The notes: generated by a model from the letters alone, not told the origin. Counted from the first letter of the stretch, positions 10,991 through 25,897 are shown. The stretch is DNA of 64,000 bases from Antedon mediterranea (GCF_964355755.1 NC_092676.1:12386771-12450770); one strand, 5' to 3'. Translations and numbers: made by a program.

Positions 10991-12214
10991 TGCATTTCGA
11001 AAAAATTTGTTAACATAAAAAGACCAAAGTGTTTAGAATATCTCCAAATCGCATTTGGAGACGTTTTAGACCATTTTGTGCATTTCGATGAAACTTGGTT
11101 ACACAAAAACATCAAAGTGCTTAAAATCACATTTGAAACCGTTTTAGAGCATTTTTAGCATTTCGATAATACTTTTCACACAAAAACATCAAAGTGTACA
11201 AAATAGCTTCAAATCGCATTTGGAGACGTTTTAGACCATTTTGTGCATTTCGATGAAACTTGGTTACACAAAAACATCAAAGTGCTTAAAATCACATTTG
11301 AAACCGTTTTAGACCATTTTGAGCATTTCGATAAAACTTTTCACACAAAAAAATCAAAGTGCACAAAATAGCTTCAAATCGCATTTGGAGACGTTTTAGA
11401 CTATTTTGTGCATTTTGAAAAAATTTGTTAACATAAAAAGACCAAAGTGTTTAGAATATCTCCAAATCGCATTTGGAGACGTTTTAAACCATTTTGTGCA
11501 TTTCGATGGAACTTGGTTACACAAAAACATCAAAGTGCTTAAAATCAAATTTAAAACCGTTTTAGAGCATTTTGAGCATTTCGATAAAACTTTTCACACA
11601 AAAACATCAAAGTGTACAAAATAGCTTCAAATCGCATATAGAGACGTTTTAGACCATTTTGTGCATTTCGATAAAACTTTTCACACAAAAACATCAAATT
11701 GCACAAATAGCTTAATACCGTGTTTGAAATCGTTTTAAACCATTTTGAGCATGTCGATAAAACTTTTCACAAAAAAACATCAAAGTGCACAGAATAGCTT
11801 CAAATCGCATTTGGAGACGTTTTAAACCATTTTGTGCATTTCGATAAAACTTTTCACATAAAAACAACAAAGTGTACAAAATAGCTTCAAATCGCATTTG
11901 GAGACGTTTTAGACCATTTTTTGCATTTCGATGAAACTCATCAAAGTGCTTAAAATCACATTTGAAACCGTTTTAGAGCATTTTGAGCATTTCGATAAAA
12001 CTTTTCACACAAAAACATCAAAGTGTACAAAATAGCTTCAAATCACATTTGAAACCGTTTTAGACCATATTGAGCATTTCGATAAAACTTTTCACACAAA
12101 AACATCAAAGTGTACAAAATAGCTTCAAATCGCATTTGGAGACGTTTTAGACCATTTTGTGTATTTCGATGAAACTTGGTTACACAAAAACATCAAAGTG
12201 CTTAAAATCACATT

Positions 12215-14284
12215 TGAAAGCGTTTTAGAGCATTTTTAGCATTTCGATAATACTTTTCACACAAAAACATCAAAGTGTACAAAATAGCTTCAAATCGCAT
12301 TTGGAGACGTTTTAGACCATTTTGTGCATTTCGATGAAACTTGGTTACACAAAAACATCAAAGTGCTTAAAATCACATTTAAAACAGTTTTAGAGCATTT
12401 TGAGCATTTCGATAAAACTTTTCACACAAAAACATCAAAGTGTACAAAATAGCTTCAAATCGCATTTAAAGAGGTTTTAGACCATTTTGTGCATTTCGAT
12501 AAAACGTTTCACACAAAAACATCAAAGTGTACAAAATAGCTTCAAATCGCATTTAGAGACGTTTTAGACCATCTTGTGCATTTCGATAAAACTTTTCACA
12601 CAAAAACATCAAATTGCACAAAATAGCTTAATATCGTGTTTGAAAACGTTTTAAACCATTTTGAGCATGTCGATAAAACTTTTCACACAAAAATATCAAA
12701 GTGCACAGAATATCTTCAAATCGCATTTAGAGACGTTTTAGACCATTTTGTGCATTTCGAAAAAATTTGTTAACATAAAAAGACCAAAGTGTTTAGAATA
12801 TCTCCAAATCGCATTTGGAGACGTTTTAGACCATTTTGTGTTTTTCGAAAAAACTTTTCACACAAAAACATCAAAGTGTACAAAATTGCTTCAAATCGCA
12901 TTTGGAGACGTTTTAGACCATTTTGTGATTTTCGAAAAACTTTTCACACAAAAACATCAAAGTGTAGAAAATTGCTTCAAATCGCATTTAGAGATGTTTT
13001 AGACCATTTTGTGCATTTCGAAAAAATTTGTTAACATAAAAAGACCAAAGTGTTTAGAATATTTCCAAATCGCATTTGGAGACGTTTTAGACCATTTTGT
13101 GCATTTCGATGAAACTTGGTTACACAAAAACATCAAAGTGCTTAAAATCACATTTAAAACCGTTTTAGAGCGTTTTGAGCATTTCGATAAACTTTTCACA
13201 CAAAAACATCAAAGTGCACAAAATAGCATTTAGAGATGTTTTAGACCATTTTGTGCATTTCGATAAAACTTTTCACACAAAAACATCAAATTGCACAAAA
13301 AAGCTTAATACCGTGTTTGAAATCGTTTTAAACCAATTTGAGCATGTCGATAAAACTTTTCACACAAAAACATCAAAGTGCACAGAATATCTTCAAATCG
13401 CATTTAGAGACGTTTTAGACCATTTTGTGCATTTCGAAAAAATTTGTTAACATAAAAAGACCAAAGTGTTTAGAATATCTCCAAATCGCATTTGGAGACG
13501 TTTTAAACCATTTTGTGCATTTCGATGGAACTTGGTTACACAAAAACATCAAAGTGCTTAAAATCACATTTGAAAGCGTTTTAGAGCATTTTTAGCATTT
13601 CGATAATACTTTTCACACAAAAACATCAAAGTGTACAGAATAGCTTCAAATCGCATTTGGAGACGTTTTAGACCATTTTGTGCATTTCGATGAAACTTGG
13701 TTACACAAAAACATCAAAGTGCTTAAAATCACATTTGAAACCGTTTTAGAGCATTTTTAACATTTCGATAATACTTTTCACACAAAAACATCAAAGTGTA
13801 CAAAATAGCTTCAAATCGCATTTGGAGACGTTTTAGACCATTTTGTGCATTTCGATGAAACTTGGTTACACAAAAACATCAAAGTGCTTAAAATCACATT
13901 TGAAAGCGTTTTAGAGCATTTTTAGCATTTCGATAATACTTTTCACACAAAAACATCAAAGTGCACAAAATAGCTTCAAATCGCATTTAGAGATGTTTTA
14001 GACCATTTTGTGCATTTCGATAAAACTTTTCACACAAAAACATCAAATTGCACAAAATAGCTTAATACCGTGTTTGAAATCATTTTAAACCATTTTGAGC
14101 ATGTCGATAAAACTTTTCACACAAAAACATCAAAGTTTTTAGAATATCTCCAAATCGCATTTGGAGACGTTTTAGACCATTTTGTGCATTTCGATGAAAC
14201 TTGGTTACACAAAAACATCAAAGTGCTTAAAATCACATTTGAAACCGTTTTAGAGCATTTTGAGCATTTCGATAAAACTTTTCA
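12215..14284 (+). repeat. Block repeating 1-2070 at offset 12,214
   Basis: ORF starts 534/575/795/961/1856 recur at 12748/12789/13009/13175/14070. A rare 10-bp deletion is shared (1013 and 13227). The same offset links about 43500-47700 with about 55700-59900. Confidence 0.88.
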
Positions 14285-14402
14285 CACAAAAACATCAAAG
14301 TGTACAAAATAGCTTCAAATCACATTTGAAACCGTTTTAGACCATTTTGAGCATTTCGATAAAACTTTTCACACAAAAACATCAAAGTGTACAAAATAGC
14401 TT

Positions 14403-17400
14403 CAAATCGCATTTGGAGACGTTTTAGACCATTTTGTGCATTTCGATGAAACTTGGTTACACAAAAACATCAAAGTGCTTAAAATCACATTTGAAACCGT
14501 TTTAGAGCATTTTTAGCATTTCGATAATACTTTTCACACAAAAACATCAAAGTGTACAAAATAGCTTAAAAACGCATTTGGAGACGTTTTAGACCATTTT
14601 GTGCATTTCGATGAAACTTGGTTACACAAAAACATCAAAGTGCTTAAAATCACATTTGAAATCGTTTTAGACCATTTTGAGCATTTCGATAAAACTTTTC
14701 ACACAAAAAAATCAAAGTGCACAAAATAGCTTCAAATCGCATTTGGAGACGTTTTAGACTATTTTGTGCATTTCGAAAAAATTTGTTAACATAAAAAGAC
14801 CAAAGTGTTTAGAATATCTCCAAATCGCATTTGGAGACGTTTTAAATCATTTTGTGCATTTCGATGGAACTTGGTTACACAAAAACATCAAAGTGCTTAA
14901 AATCACATTTAAAACCGTTTTAGAGCATTTTGAGCATTTCGATAAAACTTTTCACACAAAAACATCAAAGTGTACAAAATAGCTTCAAATCGCATTTAGA
15001 GAGGTTTTAGACCATTTTGTGCATTTCGATAAAACTTTACACACAAAAACATCAAAGTGTACAAAATAGCTTCAAATCGCATTTAGAGACGTTTTAGACC
15101 ATTTTGTGCATTTCGATAAAACTTTTCACACAAAAACATCAAATTGCACAAAATAGCTTAATATCGTGTTTGAAAACGTTTTAAACCATTTTGAGCATGT
15201 CGATAAAACTTTTCACACAAAAATATCAAAGTGCACAGAATATCTTCAAATCGCATTTAGAGACGTTTTAGACCATTTTGTGCATTTCGAAAAAATTTGT
15301 TAACATAAAAAGACCAAAGTGTTTAGAATATCTCCAAATCGCATTTGGAGACGTTTTAGACCATTTTGTGCATTTCGATGAAACTTGGTTACATAAAAAC
15401 ATCAAAGTGCTTAAAATCACATTTAAAACCGTTTTAGAGCGTTTTGAGCATTTCGATAAACTTTTCACACAAAAACATCAAAGTGCACAAAATAGCTTCA
15501 AATCGCATTTAGAGATGTTTTAGACCATTTTGTGCATTTCGAAAAAACTTTTCACACAAAAAAATCAAATTGCACACAATAGCTTAATACCGTGTTTGAA
15601 ATCGTTTTAAACCATTTTGAGCATGTCGATAAAACTTTTCACACAAAAACATCAAAGTGCACAGAATATCTTCAAATCGCATATAGAGACGTTTTAGACC
15701 ATTTTGTGCATTTCGAAAAAATTTGTTAACATTAAAAGACCAATGTGTTTAGAATATCTCCAAATCGCATTTGGAGACGTTTTAGACCATTTTGTGCATT
15801 TCGATGAAACTTGGTTACACAAAAACATCAAAGTGCTTAAAATCACATTTGAAACCGTTTTAGAGTATTTTGAGCATTTCGATAAAACTTTTCACACAAA
15901 CACATCAAAGTGTACAAAATAGCTTCAAATAACATTTGAAACCGTTTTAGACCATTTTGAGCATTTCGATAAAACTTTTCACACAAAAACATCAAAGTGT
16001 ACAAAATGGCTTCAAATCGCATTTGGAGACGTTTTAGAGCATTTTGAGCATTTCGATCAAACTTTTCACACAAAAACATCAAAGTGTACAAAATAACTTC
16101 AAATCGCATTTAGAGACGTTTTAGACCATTTTGTGCATTTTGGTAAAACTTTTCACACAAAAACATCAAATTGCACAAAATAGCTTAATATCGTGTTTGA
16201 AAACGTTTTAAACCATTTTGAGCATGTCGATAAAACTTTTCACATAAAAATATCAAAGTGCACAGAATAGCTTCAAATCGCATTTGGAGACGTTTTAGAC
16301 CATTTTGTGCATTTTGGTAAAACTTTTCACACAAAAACATCAAATTGCACAAAATAGCTTAATATCGTGTTTGAAAACGTTTTAAACCATTTTGAGCATG
16401 TCGATAAAACTTTTCACTCAAAAATATCAAAGTGCACAGAATATCTTCAAATCGCATTTAGAGACGTTTTAGACCATTTTGTGCATTTTCAAAAAATTTG
16501 TTAACATAAAAAGACCAAAGTGTTTAGAATATCTCCAAATCGCATTTGGAGACGTTTTAGACCATTTTGTGTTTTTCGAAAAAACTTTTCACACAAAAAC
16601 ATCAAAGTGTACAAAATTGCTTCAAATCGCATTTGGAGACGTTTTAGACCATTTTGTGCATTTTGGTAAAACTTTTCACACAAAAACATCAAAATTCACA
16701 AAATAGCTTAATATCGTGTTTGAAAACGTTTTAAACCATTTTGAGCATGTCGATAAAACTTTTCACTCAAAAATATCAAAGTGCACAGAATATCTTCAAA
16801 TCGCATTTAGAGACGTTTTAGACCATTTTGTGCATTTCGAAAAAAATTGTTAACATAAAAAGACCAAAGTGTTTAGAATATCTCCAAATCGCATTTGGAG
16901 ACGTTTTAGACCATTTTGCGCATTTCGATGAAACTTGGTTACACAAAAACATCAAAGTGCTTAAAATCACATTTAAAACCGTTTTAGAGCGTTTTGAGCA
17001 TTTCGATAAACTTTTCAAACAAAAACATCAAAGTGTACAAAATAGCTTCAAATCGTATTTGGAGACGTTTTAGACCATTTTGTGCGTTTCGATGAATCTT
17101 GGTTACACAAAAACATCAAAGTGCTTAAAATCACATTTAAAACCGTTTTAGTGCATTTTGAGCATTTCGATAAAACTTTTCACACAAAAACATCAAAGTG
17201 CACAAAATAGCTTCAAATCGCATTTAGAGATGTTTTAGACCATTTTGTGCGTTTCGATAAAACTTTTCACACAAAAACATCAAATTGCACAAAATAGCTT
17301 AATATCGTGTTTGAAAACGTTTTAGACCATTTTGAGCATGTCGATAAAACTTTTCACACAAAAACATAAAAGTGCACAAAATAGCTTCAAATCGCATTTA

Positions 17401-17880
17401 GAGATGTTTTAGACCATTTTGTGCGTTTCGATAAAACTTTTCACACAAAAACATCAAATTGCACAAAATAGCTTAATATCGTGTTTGAAAACGTTTTAGA
17501 CCATTTTGAGCATGTCGATAAAACTTTTCACACAAAAACATAAAAGTGCACAGAATAGCTTCAAATCGCATTTGGAGACGTTTTAGACCATTTTGTGCAT
17601 TTCGAAAAAACTTTTTAACATAAAAACACCAAAGTGCTTAGAATAGCTTCAAATCGCATTTGGAGACGTTTTAGACCATTTTGTGCATTTCGATGAAACT
17701 TGGTTACACAAAAACATCAAAGTGCTTAAAATCACATTTGAAACCGTTATAGAGCATTTTTAGCATTTCGATAAAACTTTTCACACAAAAACATCAAAGT
17801 GTACAAAATAGCTTCAAATCACATTTGAAACCGTTTTAGACCATTTTGAGCATTTCGATAAAACTTTTCACACAAAAACA
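14403..17880 (+). repeat. Block of about 3.5 kb duplicated at about 30250-33728 (offset 15,847)
   Basis: ORFs 14764/15268/15704/16479/16818 recur at 30611/31115/31551/32326/32665. Shared rare variants include TTTTGGTAAA, CACTCAAAA, CGATCAAAC and CCGTTATAG. Boundaries are approximate. Confidence 0.88.
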
Positions 17881-19216
17881 TCAAAGTGTACAGAATAGCT
17901 TCAAATCGCATTTGGAGACGTTTTAGACCATTTTGTGCATTTCGATGAAACTTGGTTACACAAAAACATCAAAGTGCTTAAAATCACATTTGAAACCGTT
18001 TTAGAGCATTTTTAACATTTCGATAATACTTTTCACACAAAAACATCAAAGTGTACAAAATAGCTTCAAATCACATTTGAAACCGTTTTAGACCATATTG
18101 AGCATTTCGATAAAACTTTTCACACAAAAACATCAAAGTGTACAAAATAGCTTCAAATCGCATTTGGAGACGTTTTAGACCATTTTGTGCATTTCGATGA
18201 AACTTGGTTACACAAAAACATCAAAGTGCTTAAAATCACATTTGAAAGCGTTTTAGAGCATTTTTAGCATTTCGATAATACTTTTCACACAAAAACATCA
18301 AAGTGCACAAAATAGCATCAAATCGCATTTAGAGATGTTTTAGACCATTTTGTGCATTTCGATAAAACTTTTCACACAAAAACATCAAATTGCACAAAAT
18401 AGCTTAATACCGTGTTTGAAATCATTTTAAACCATTTTGAGCATGTCGATAAAACTTTTCACACAAAAACATCAAAGTGTTTAGAATATCTCCAAATCGC
18501 ATTTGGAGACGTTTTAGACCATTTTGTGCATTTCGATGAAACTTGGTTACACAAAAACATCAAAGTGCTTAAAATCACATTTGAAACCGTTTTAGAGCAT
18601 TTTGAGCATTTCGATAAAACTTTTCAAACAAAAACATCAAAGTGTACAAAATAGCTTCAACTCACATTTGAAACCGTTTTAGACCATTTTGAGCATTTCG
18701 ATAAAACTTTTCACACAAAAACATCAAAGTGTACAAAATAGCTTCAAATCGCATTTGGAGACGTTTTAGACCATTTTGTGCATTTCGATGAAACTTGGTT
18801 ACACAAAAACATCAAAGTGCTTAAAATCACATTTGAAACCGTTTTAGAGCATTTTTAGCATTTCGATAATACTTTTCACACAAAACATCAAAGTGTACAA
18901 AATAGCTTCAAATCGCATTTGGAGACGTTTTAGACCATTTTGTGCATTTCGATGAAACTTGGTTACACAAAAACATCAAAGTGCTTAAAATCACATTTGA
19001 AACCGTTTTAGACCATTTTGAGCATTTCGATAAAACTTTTCACACAAAAAAATCAAAGTGCACAAAATAGCTTCAAATCGCATTTGGGGACGTTTTAGAC
19101 TATTTTGTGCATTTCGAAAAAAATTGTTAACATAAAAAGACCAAAGTGTTTAGAATATCTCCAAATCGCATTTGGAGACGTTTTAAACCATTTTGTGCAT
19201 TTCGATGGAACTTGGT

Positions 19217-20450
19217 TACACAAAAACATCAAAGTGCTTAAAATCACATTTAAAACCGTTTTAGAGCATTTTTAGCATTTCGATAAAACTTTTCACACAA
19301 AAACATCAAAGTGTACAAAATAGCTTCAAATCGCATTTAGAGAGGTTTTAGACAATTTTGTGCATTTCGATAAAACTTTTCACACAAAAACATCAAAGTG
19401 TACAAAATAGCTTCAAATTGCATTTAGAGACGTTTTAGACCATTTTGTGCATTTCGATAAAACTTTTCACACAAAAACATCAAATTGCACAAAATCGTTT
19501 TAAACCATTTTAAATCGTTTTAAACCATTTTGAGCATGTCGATAAAACTTTTCACAAAAAACATCAAAGTGCACAGAATAGCTTCAAATTGCATTTGGAG
19601 ACGTTTTAGAGCATTTTGTGCATTTCGATAAAATGTGTTAACATAAAAAGACCAAAGTGTTTAGAATATCTTCAAATCACATTTGGAGACGTTTTAGACC
19701 ATTTTTTGCATTTCGATGAAACTTGGTTACACAAAAACATCAAAGTGCTTAAAATCACATTTGAAACCGTTTTAGAGCATTTTGAGCATTTCGATAAAAC
19801 TTTTCACACAAAAACATCAAAGTGTACAAAATAGCTTCAAATCGCATTTAGAGACGTTTTAGACCATTTTTTGCATTTCGATGAAACTTGGTTACACAAA
19901 AACATCAAAGTGCTTAAAATCACATTTAAAACCGTTTTAGAGCATTTTTAGCATTTCGATAAAACTTTTCACACAAAAACATCAAAGTGTACAAAATAGC
20001 TTCAAATCGCATTTAGAGAGGTTTTAGACAATTTTGTGCATTTCGATAAAACTTTTCACACAAAAACATCAAAGTGTACAAAATACCTTCAAATTGCATT
20101 TAGAGACGTTTTAGACCATTTTGTGCATTTCGATAAAACTTTTCACACAAAAACATCAAATTGCACAAAATCGTTTTAAACCATTTTAAATCGTTTTAAA
20201 CCATTTTGAGCATTTCGATAAAACTTTTCACAAAAAACATCAAAGTGCACAGAATAGCTTCAAATTGCATTTGGAGACGTTTTAGAGCATTTTGTGCATT
20301 TCGATAAAATGTGTTAACATAAAAAGACCAAAGTGTTTAGAATATCTTCAAATCACATTTGGAGACGTTTTAGACCATTTTTTGCATTTCGATGAAACTT
20401 GGTTACACAAAAACATCAAAGTGCTTAAAATCACATTTGAAACCGTTTTA
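19217..20450 (+). repeat. Tandem pair of the 676-bp HOR
   Basis: ORFs at 19616 and 20292; markers at 19492 and 20168. Confidence 0.88.
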
Positions 20451-23400
20451 GACCATTTTGAGCGTTTCGATAAAACTTTTCACACAAAAACATCAAAGTG
20501 CACAAAATAGCTTCAAATCGCATTTGGAGACGTTTTAGACTATTTTGTGCATTTCGAAAAAATTTGTTAACATAAAAAGACCAAAGTGTTTAGAATATCT
20601 CCAAATCGCATTTGGAGACGTTTTAAACCATTTTGTGCATTTCGATGGAACTTGGTTACACAAAAACATCAAAGTGCTTAAAATCACATTTAAAACCGTT
20701 TTAGAGCATTTTGAGCATTTCGATAAAACTTTTCACACAAAAACATCAAAGTGTACAAAATAGCTTCAAATCGCATTTAGAGACGTTTTAGACCATTTTG
20801 TGCATTTTGATAAAACTTTTCACACAAAAACATCAAATTGCACAAAATAGCTTAATATTGTGTTTGAAAACGTTTTAAACCATTTTGAGCATGTCGATAA
20901 AACTTTTCACACAAAAATATCAAAGTGCCCAGAATATCTTCAAATCGCATTTAGAGACGTTTTAGACCATTTTGTGCATTTCGAAAAAATTTGTTAACAT
21001 AAAAAGACCAAAGTGTTTAGATTATCTCCAAATCGCATTTGGAGACGTTTTAGACCATTTTGTGTTTTTCAAAAAAACTTTTCACACAAAAACATCAAAG
21101 TGTACAAAATTGCTTCAAATCGCATTTAGAGAGGTTTTAGACCATTTTGTGCATTTCGATAAAACTTTTCACACAAAAACATCAAAGTGCACAGAATATC
21201 TTAATACCGTGTCTGAAATCGTTTTAAACCATTTTGAGCATGTCGATAAAACTTTTCACACAAAAACATCAAAGTGCACAGAATATCTTCAAATCGCATT
21301 TGGAGACGTTTCAGACCATTTTGTGCATTCCGATGAAACTTGGTTACACAAAAACATCAAAGTGCTTAAAATCACATTTGAAACCGTTTTAGAGCATTTT
21401 TAGCATTTCGATAATACTTTTCACACAAAAACATCAAAGTGTACAAAATAGCTTCAAATCGCATTTGGAGACGTTTTAGACCATTTTGTGCATTTCGATG
21501 AAACTTGGTTACACAAAAACATCAAAGTGCTTAAAATCACATTTGAAACCGTTTTAGACCATTTTGAGCATTTCGATAAAACTTTTCACACAAAAAAATC
21601 AAAGTGCACAAAATAGCTTCAAATCGCATTTGGGGACGTTTTAGACTATTTTGTGCATTTCGAAAAAATTTGTTAACATAAAAAGACCAAAGTGTTTAGA
21701 ATATCTCCAAATCGCATTTGGAGACGTTTTAAACCATTTTGTGCATTTCGATGGAACTTGGTTACACAAAAACATCAAAGTGCTTAAAATCACATTTAAA
21801 ACCGTTTTAGAGCATTTTTAGCATTTCGATAAAACTTTTCACACAAAAACATCAAAGTGTACAAAATAGCTTCAAATCACATTTGAAACCGTTTTAGACC
21901 ATTTTGAGCATTTCGATAAAACTTTTCACACAAAAACATTAAAGTGTACAAAATAGCTTCAAATCGCATTTGGAGACGTTTTAGACCATTTTGTGCATTT
22001 CGATGAAACTTGGTTACACAAAAACATCAAAGTGCTTAAAATCACATTTGAAACCGTTTTAGAGCATTTTTAGCATTTCGATAAATACTTTTCACACAAA
22101 AACATCAAGGTGTACAAAATAGCTTCAAATCGCATTTGGAGACGTTTTAGACCATTTTGTGCATTTCGATGAAACTTGGTTACAAAAAAACATCAAAGTG
22201 CTTAAAATCACATTTGAAACCGTTTTAGACCATTTTGAGCATTTCGATAAAACTTTTCACACAAAAACATCAAATTGCACAAAATAGCTTAATATCGTGT
22301 TTGAAAACGTTTTAGACCATTATGAGCATGTCGATAAAACTTTTCACACAAAAACATAAAAGTGAACAGAATAGCTTCAAATTGCATTTGGAGACCTTTT
22401 AGAGCATTTTGTGCATTTCGATAAAATGTGTTAATATAAAAAGACCAAAGTGTTTAGAATATCTTCAAATCACATTTGGAGACGTTTTAGACCATTTTTT
22501 GCATTTCGATGAAACTTGGTTACACAAAAACATCAAAGTGCTTAAAATCACATTTAAAACCGTTTTAGAGCATTTTGAGCATTTCGATAAAACTTTTGAC
22601 ACAAAAACATCAAAGTGTACAAAATAGCTTCAAATCGAATTTAGAGAGGTTTTATACCATTTTGTGCATTTCGATAAAACTTTTCACAAAAAAACATCAA
22701 AGTGTACAAAATAACTTCAAATCGCATTTAGAGACGTTTTAGACCATTTTGTGCATTTTGATAAAACTTTTCACACAAAAACATCAAATTGCACAAAATA
22801 GCTTAATACCGTGTTTGAAATCGTTTTAAACCATTTTGAGCATGTCGATAAAACTTTTCACAAAAAAACATCAAAGTGCACCGAATAGCTTCAAATCGCA
22901 TTTGGAGACGTTTTAAACCATTTTGTGCATTTCGATAAAACTTTTCACATAAAAACATGAAAGTGTACAAAATAGCTTCAAATCGCATTTAGAGACGTTT
23001 TAGACCATTTTGGGCATTTCGATGAAACTTAGTTACACAAATACATAAAAGTCCTTAAAATCACATTTCAAACCGTTTTAGAGCATTTTGAGCATTTCGT
23101 TAAAACTTTTCACACAAAAACATCAAAGTGCACAAAATAGCTTCAAATCGCATTTAGAGATGTTTTAGACCATTTTGTGCAATTCGATAAAACTTTTCAC
23201 ACAAAAACATCAAATTGCACAAAATAGCTTAATATCGTGTTTGAAAACGTTTTAGACCATTTTGAGCATGTCGATAAAACTTTTCACACAAAAACATAAA
23301 AGTGAACAGAATAGCTTCAAATTGCATTTGGAGACGTTTTAGAGCATTTTGTGCATTTCGATAAAATGTGTTAACATAAAAAGACCAAAGTGTTTAGAAT

Positions 23401-25897
23401 ATCTTCAAATCACATTTGGAGACGTTTTAGACCATTTTTTGCATTTCGATGAAACTTGGTTTCACAAAAACATCAAAGTGCTTAAAATCACATTTAAAAC
23501 CGTTTCAGAGCATTTTGAGCATTTCGATAAAACTTTTCACACAAAAACATCAAAGTTTACAAAATAGCTTCAAATCGCATTTAGAGAGGTTTTAGACCAT
23601 TTTGTGCATTTCGATAAAACTTTTCACACAAAAACATCAAAGTGTACAAAATAACTTCAAATCGCATTTAGAGACGTTTTAGACCATTTTGTGCATTTTG
23701 ATAAAACTTTTCACACAAAAACATCAAAGTGCACAAAATAGCTTCAAATCGCATTTAGAGATGTTTTAGACCATTTTGTGCATTTCGATAAAACTTTTCA
23801 CACAAAAACATCAAATTGCACAAAATAGCTTAATACCGTGTTTGAAATCGTTTTAAACCATTTTGAGCATGTCGATAAAACTTTTCACAAAAAAACATCA
23901 AAGTGCACAGAATAGCTTCAAATCGCATTTGGAGACGTTTTAAACCATTTTGTGCATTTCGATAAAACTTTTCACATAAAAACATCAAAGTGTCCAAAAT
24001 AGCTTCAAATCGCATTTAGAGACGTTTTAGACCATTTTGGGCATTTATAAAAGTGCTTAAAATCACATTTCAAACCGTTTTAGAGCATTTTGAGCATTTC
24101 GATAAAACTTTTCACACAAAAACATCAAAGTGCACAAAATAGCTTGAAATCGCATTTAGAGATGTTTTAGACCATTTTGTGCATTTCGATAAAACTTTTC
24201 ACACAAAAACATAAAAGTGAACAGAATAGCTTCAAATTGCATTTGGAGACGTTTTAGAGCATTTTGTGCATTTCGATAAAATGTGTTAACATAAAAAGAC
24301 CAAAGTGTTTAGAATATCTTCAAATCACATTTGGAGACGTTTTAGACCATTTTTGGCATTTCGATGAAACTTGGTTACACAAAAACATCAAAGTGCTTAA
24401 AATCACATTTAAAACCGTTTTAGAGCATTTTGAGCATTTCGATAAAACTTTTCACACAAAAACATCAAAGTGTACAAAATAGCTTCAAATCGCATTTAGA
24501 GAGGTTTTAGACCATTTTGTGCATTTCGATAAAACTTTTCACACAAAAACATCAAAGTGTACAAAATAACTTCAAATCGTATTTAGAGACGTTTTAGACC
24601 ATTTTGTGCATTTTGATAAAACTTTTCACACAAAAACATCAAATTGCACAAAATAGCTTAATATCGTGTTTGAAAACGTTTTAAACCATTTTGAGCATGT
24701 CGATAAAACTTTTCACACAAAAATATCAAAGTGCACAGAATATCTCCAAATCGCATTTAGAGACGTTTTAGACCATTTTGTGCATTTCGAAAAAATTTGT
24801 TAACATAAAAAGACCAAAGTGTTTAGAATATCTCCAAATCGCATTTGGAGACGTTTTAGACCATTTTGTGTTTTTCGAAAAACTTTTCACACAAAAACAT
24901 CAAAGTGTAGAAAATTGCTTCAAATCGCATTTAGAGACGTTTTAGACCATTTTGTGCATTTCGAAAAAACTTTTTAAAATAAAAACACCAAAGTGCTTAG
25001 AATAGCTTCAAATCGCATTTGGAGACGTTTTAGACCATTTTGTGCATTTCGATGAAACTTGGTTACACAAAAACATCAAAGTGCTTAAAATCACATTTGA
25101 AACCGTTTTAGAGCATTTTGAGCATTTCGATAAAACTTTTCACACAAAAACATCAAAGTGTACAAAATAGCTTCAAATCACATTTGAAACCGTTTTAGAC
25201 TATTTTGAGCATTTCGATAAAACTTTTCACACAAAAACATCAAAGTGTACAAAATAGCTTCAAATCGCATTTGGAGACGTTTTAGACCATTTTGTGCATT
25301 TCGATGAAACTTGGTTACACAAAAACATCAAAGTGCTTAAAATTACATTTGAAACCGTTTTAGACCATTTTGAGCATTTCGATAAAACTTTTCACACAAA
25401 AACATCAAAGTGTACAAAATAGCTTCAAATCGCATTTGGAGACGTTTTAGACCATTTTGTGCATTTCGATGAAACTTGGTTACACAAAAACATCAAAGTG
25501 CTTAAAATCACATTTGAAACCGTTTTAGAGCATTTTTAGCATTTCGATAATACTTTTCACACAAAACATCAAAGTGTACAAAATAGCTTCAAATCGCATT
25601 TGGAGACGTTTTAGACCATTTTGTGCATTTCGATGAAACTTGGTTACACAAAAACATCAAAGTGCTTAAAATCACATTTGAAACCGTTTTAGACCATTTT
25701 GAGCATTTCGATAAAACTTTTCACACAAAAAAATCAAAGTGCACAAAATAGCTTCAAATCGCATTTGGGGACGTTTTAGACTATTTTGTGCATTTCGAAA
25801 AAAATTGTTAACATAAAAAGACCAAAGTGTTTAGAATATCTCCAAATCGCATTTGGAGACGTTTTAAACCATTTTGTGCATTTCGATGGAACTTGGT

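Larger units (their letters stand above)
1..14284 (+). repeat. Copy 1 of a near-identical block of at least 14.3 kb (partner at 44484-58767)
   Basis: All ORF-track entries from 534 to 14070 recur at exactly +44,483 (45017 to 58553). Rare variants are shared, e.g. AGCTAAATAT near 417/44900 and AAAGCGCAC near 5541/50024. The left end is cut by the window. Confidence 0.93.

Noticed and set aside
20972-21403. Longest ORF (143 aa) with His/Cys-rich 29-aa repeats resembling a zinc-finger or repeat protein
   Set aside because: There is no C2H2 spacing. It stays open only because consecutive monomers happen to lack the usual TAG, and sister copies at 33868 and 40485 end differently.
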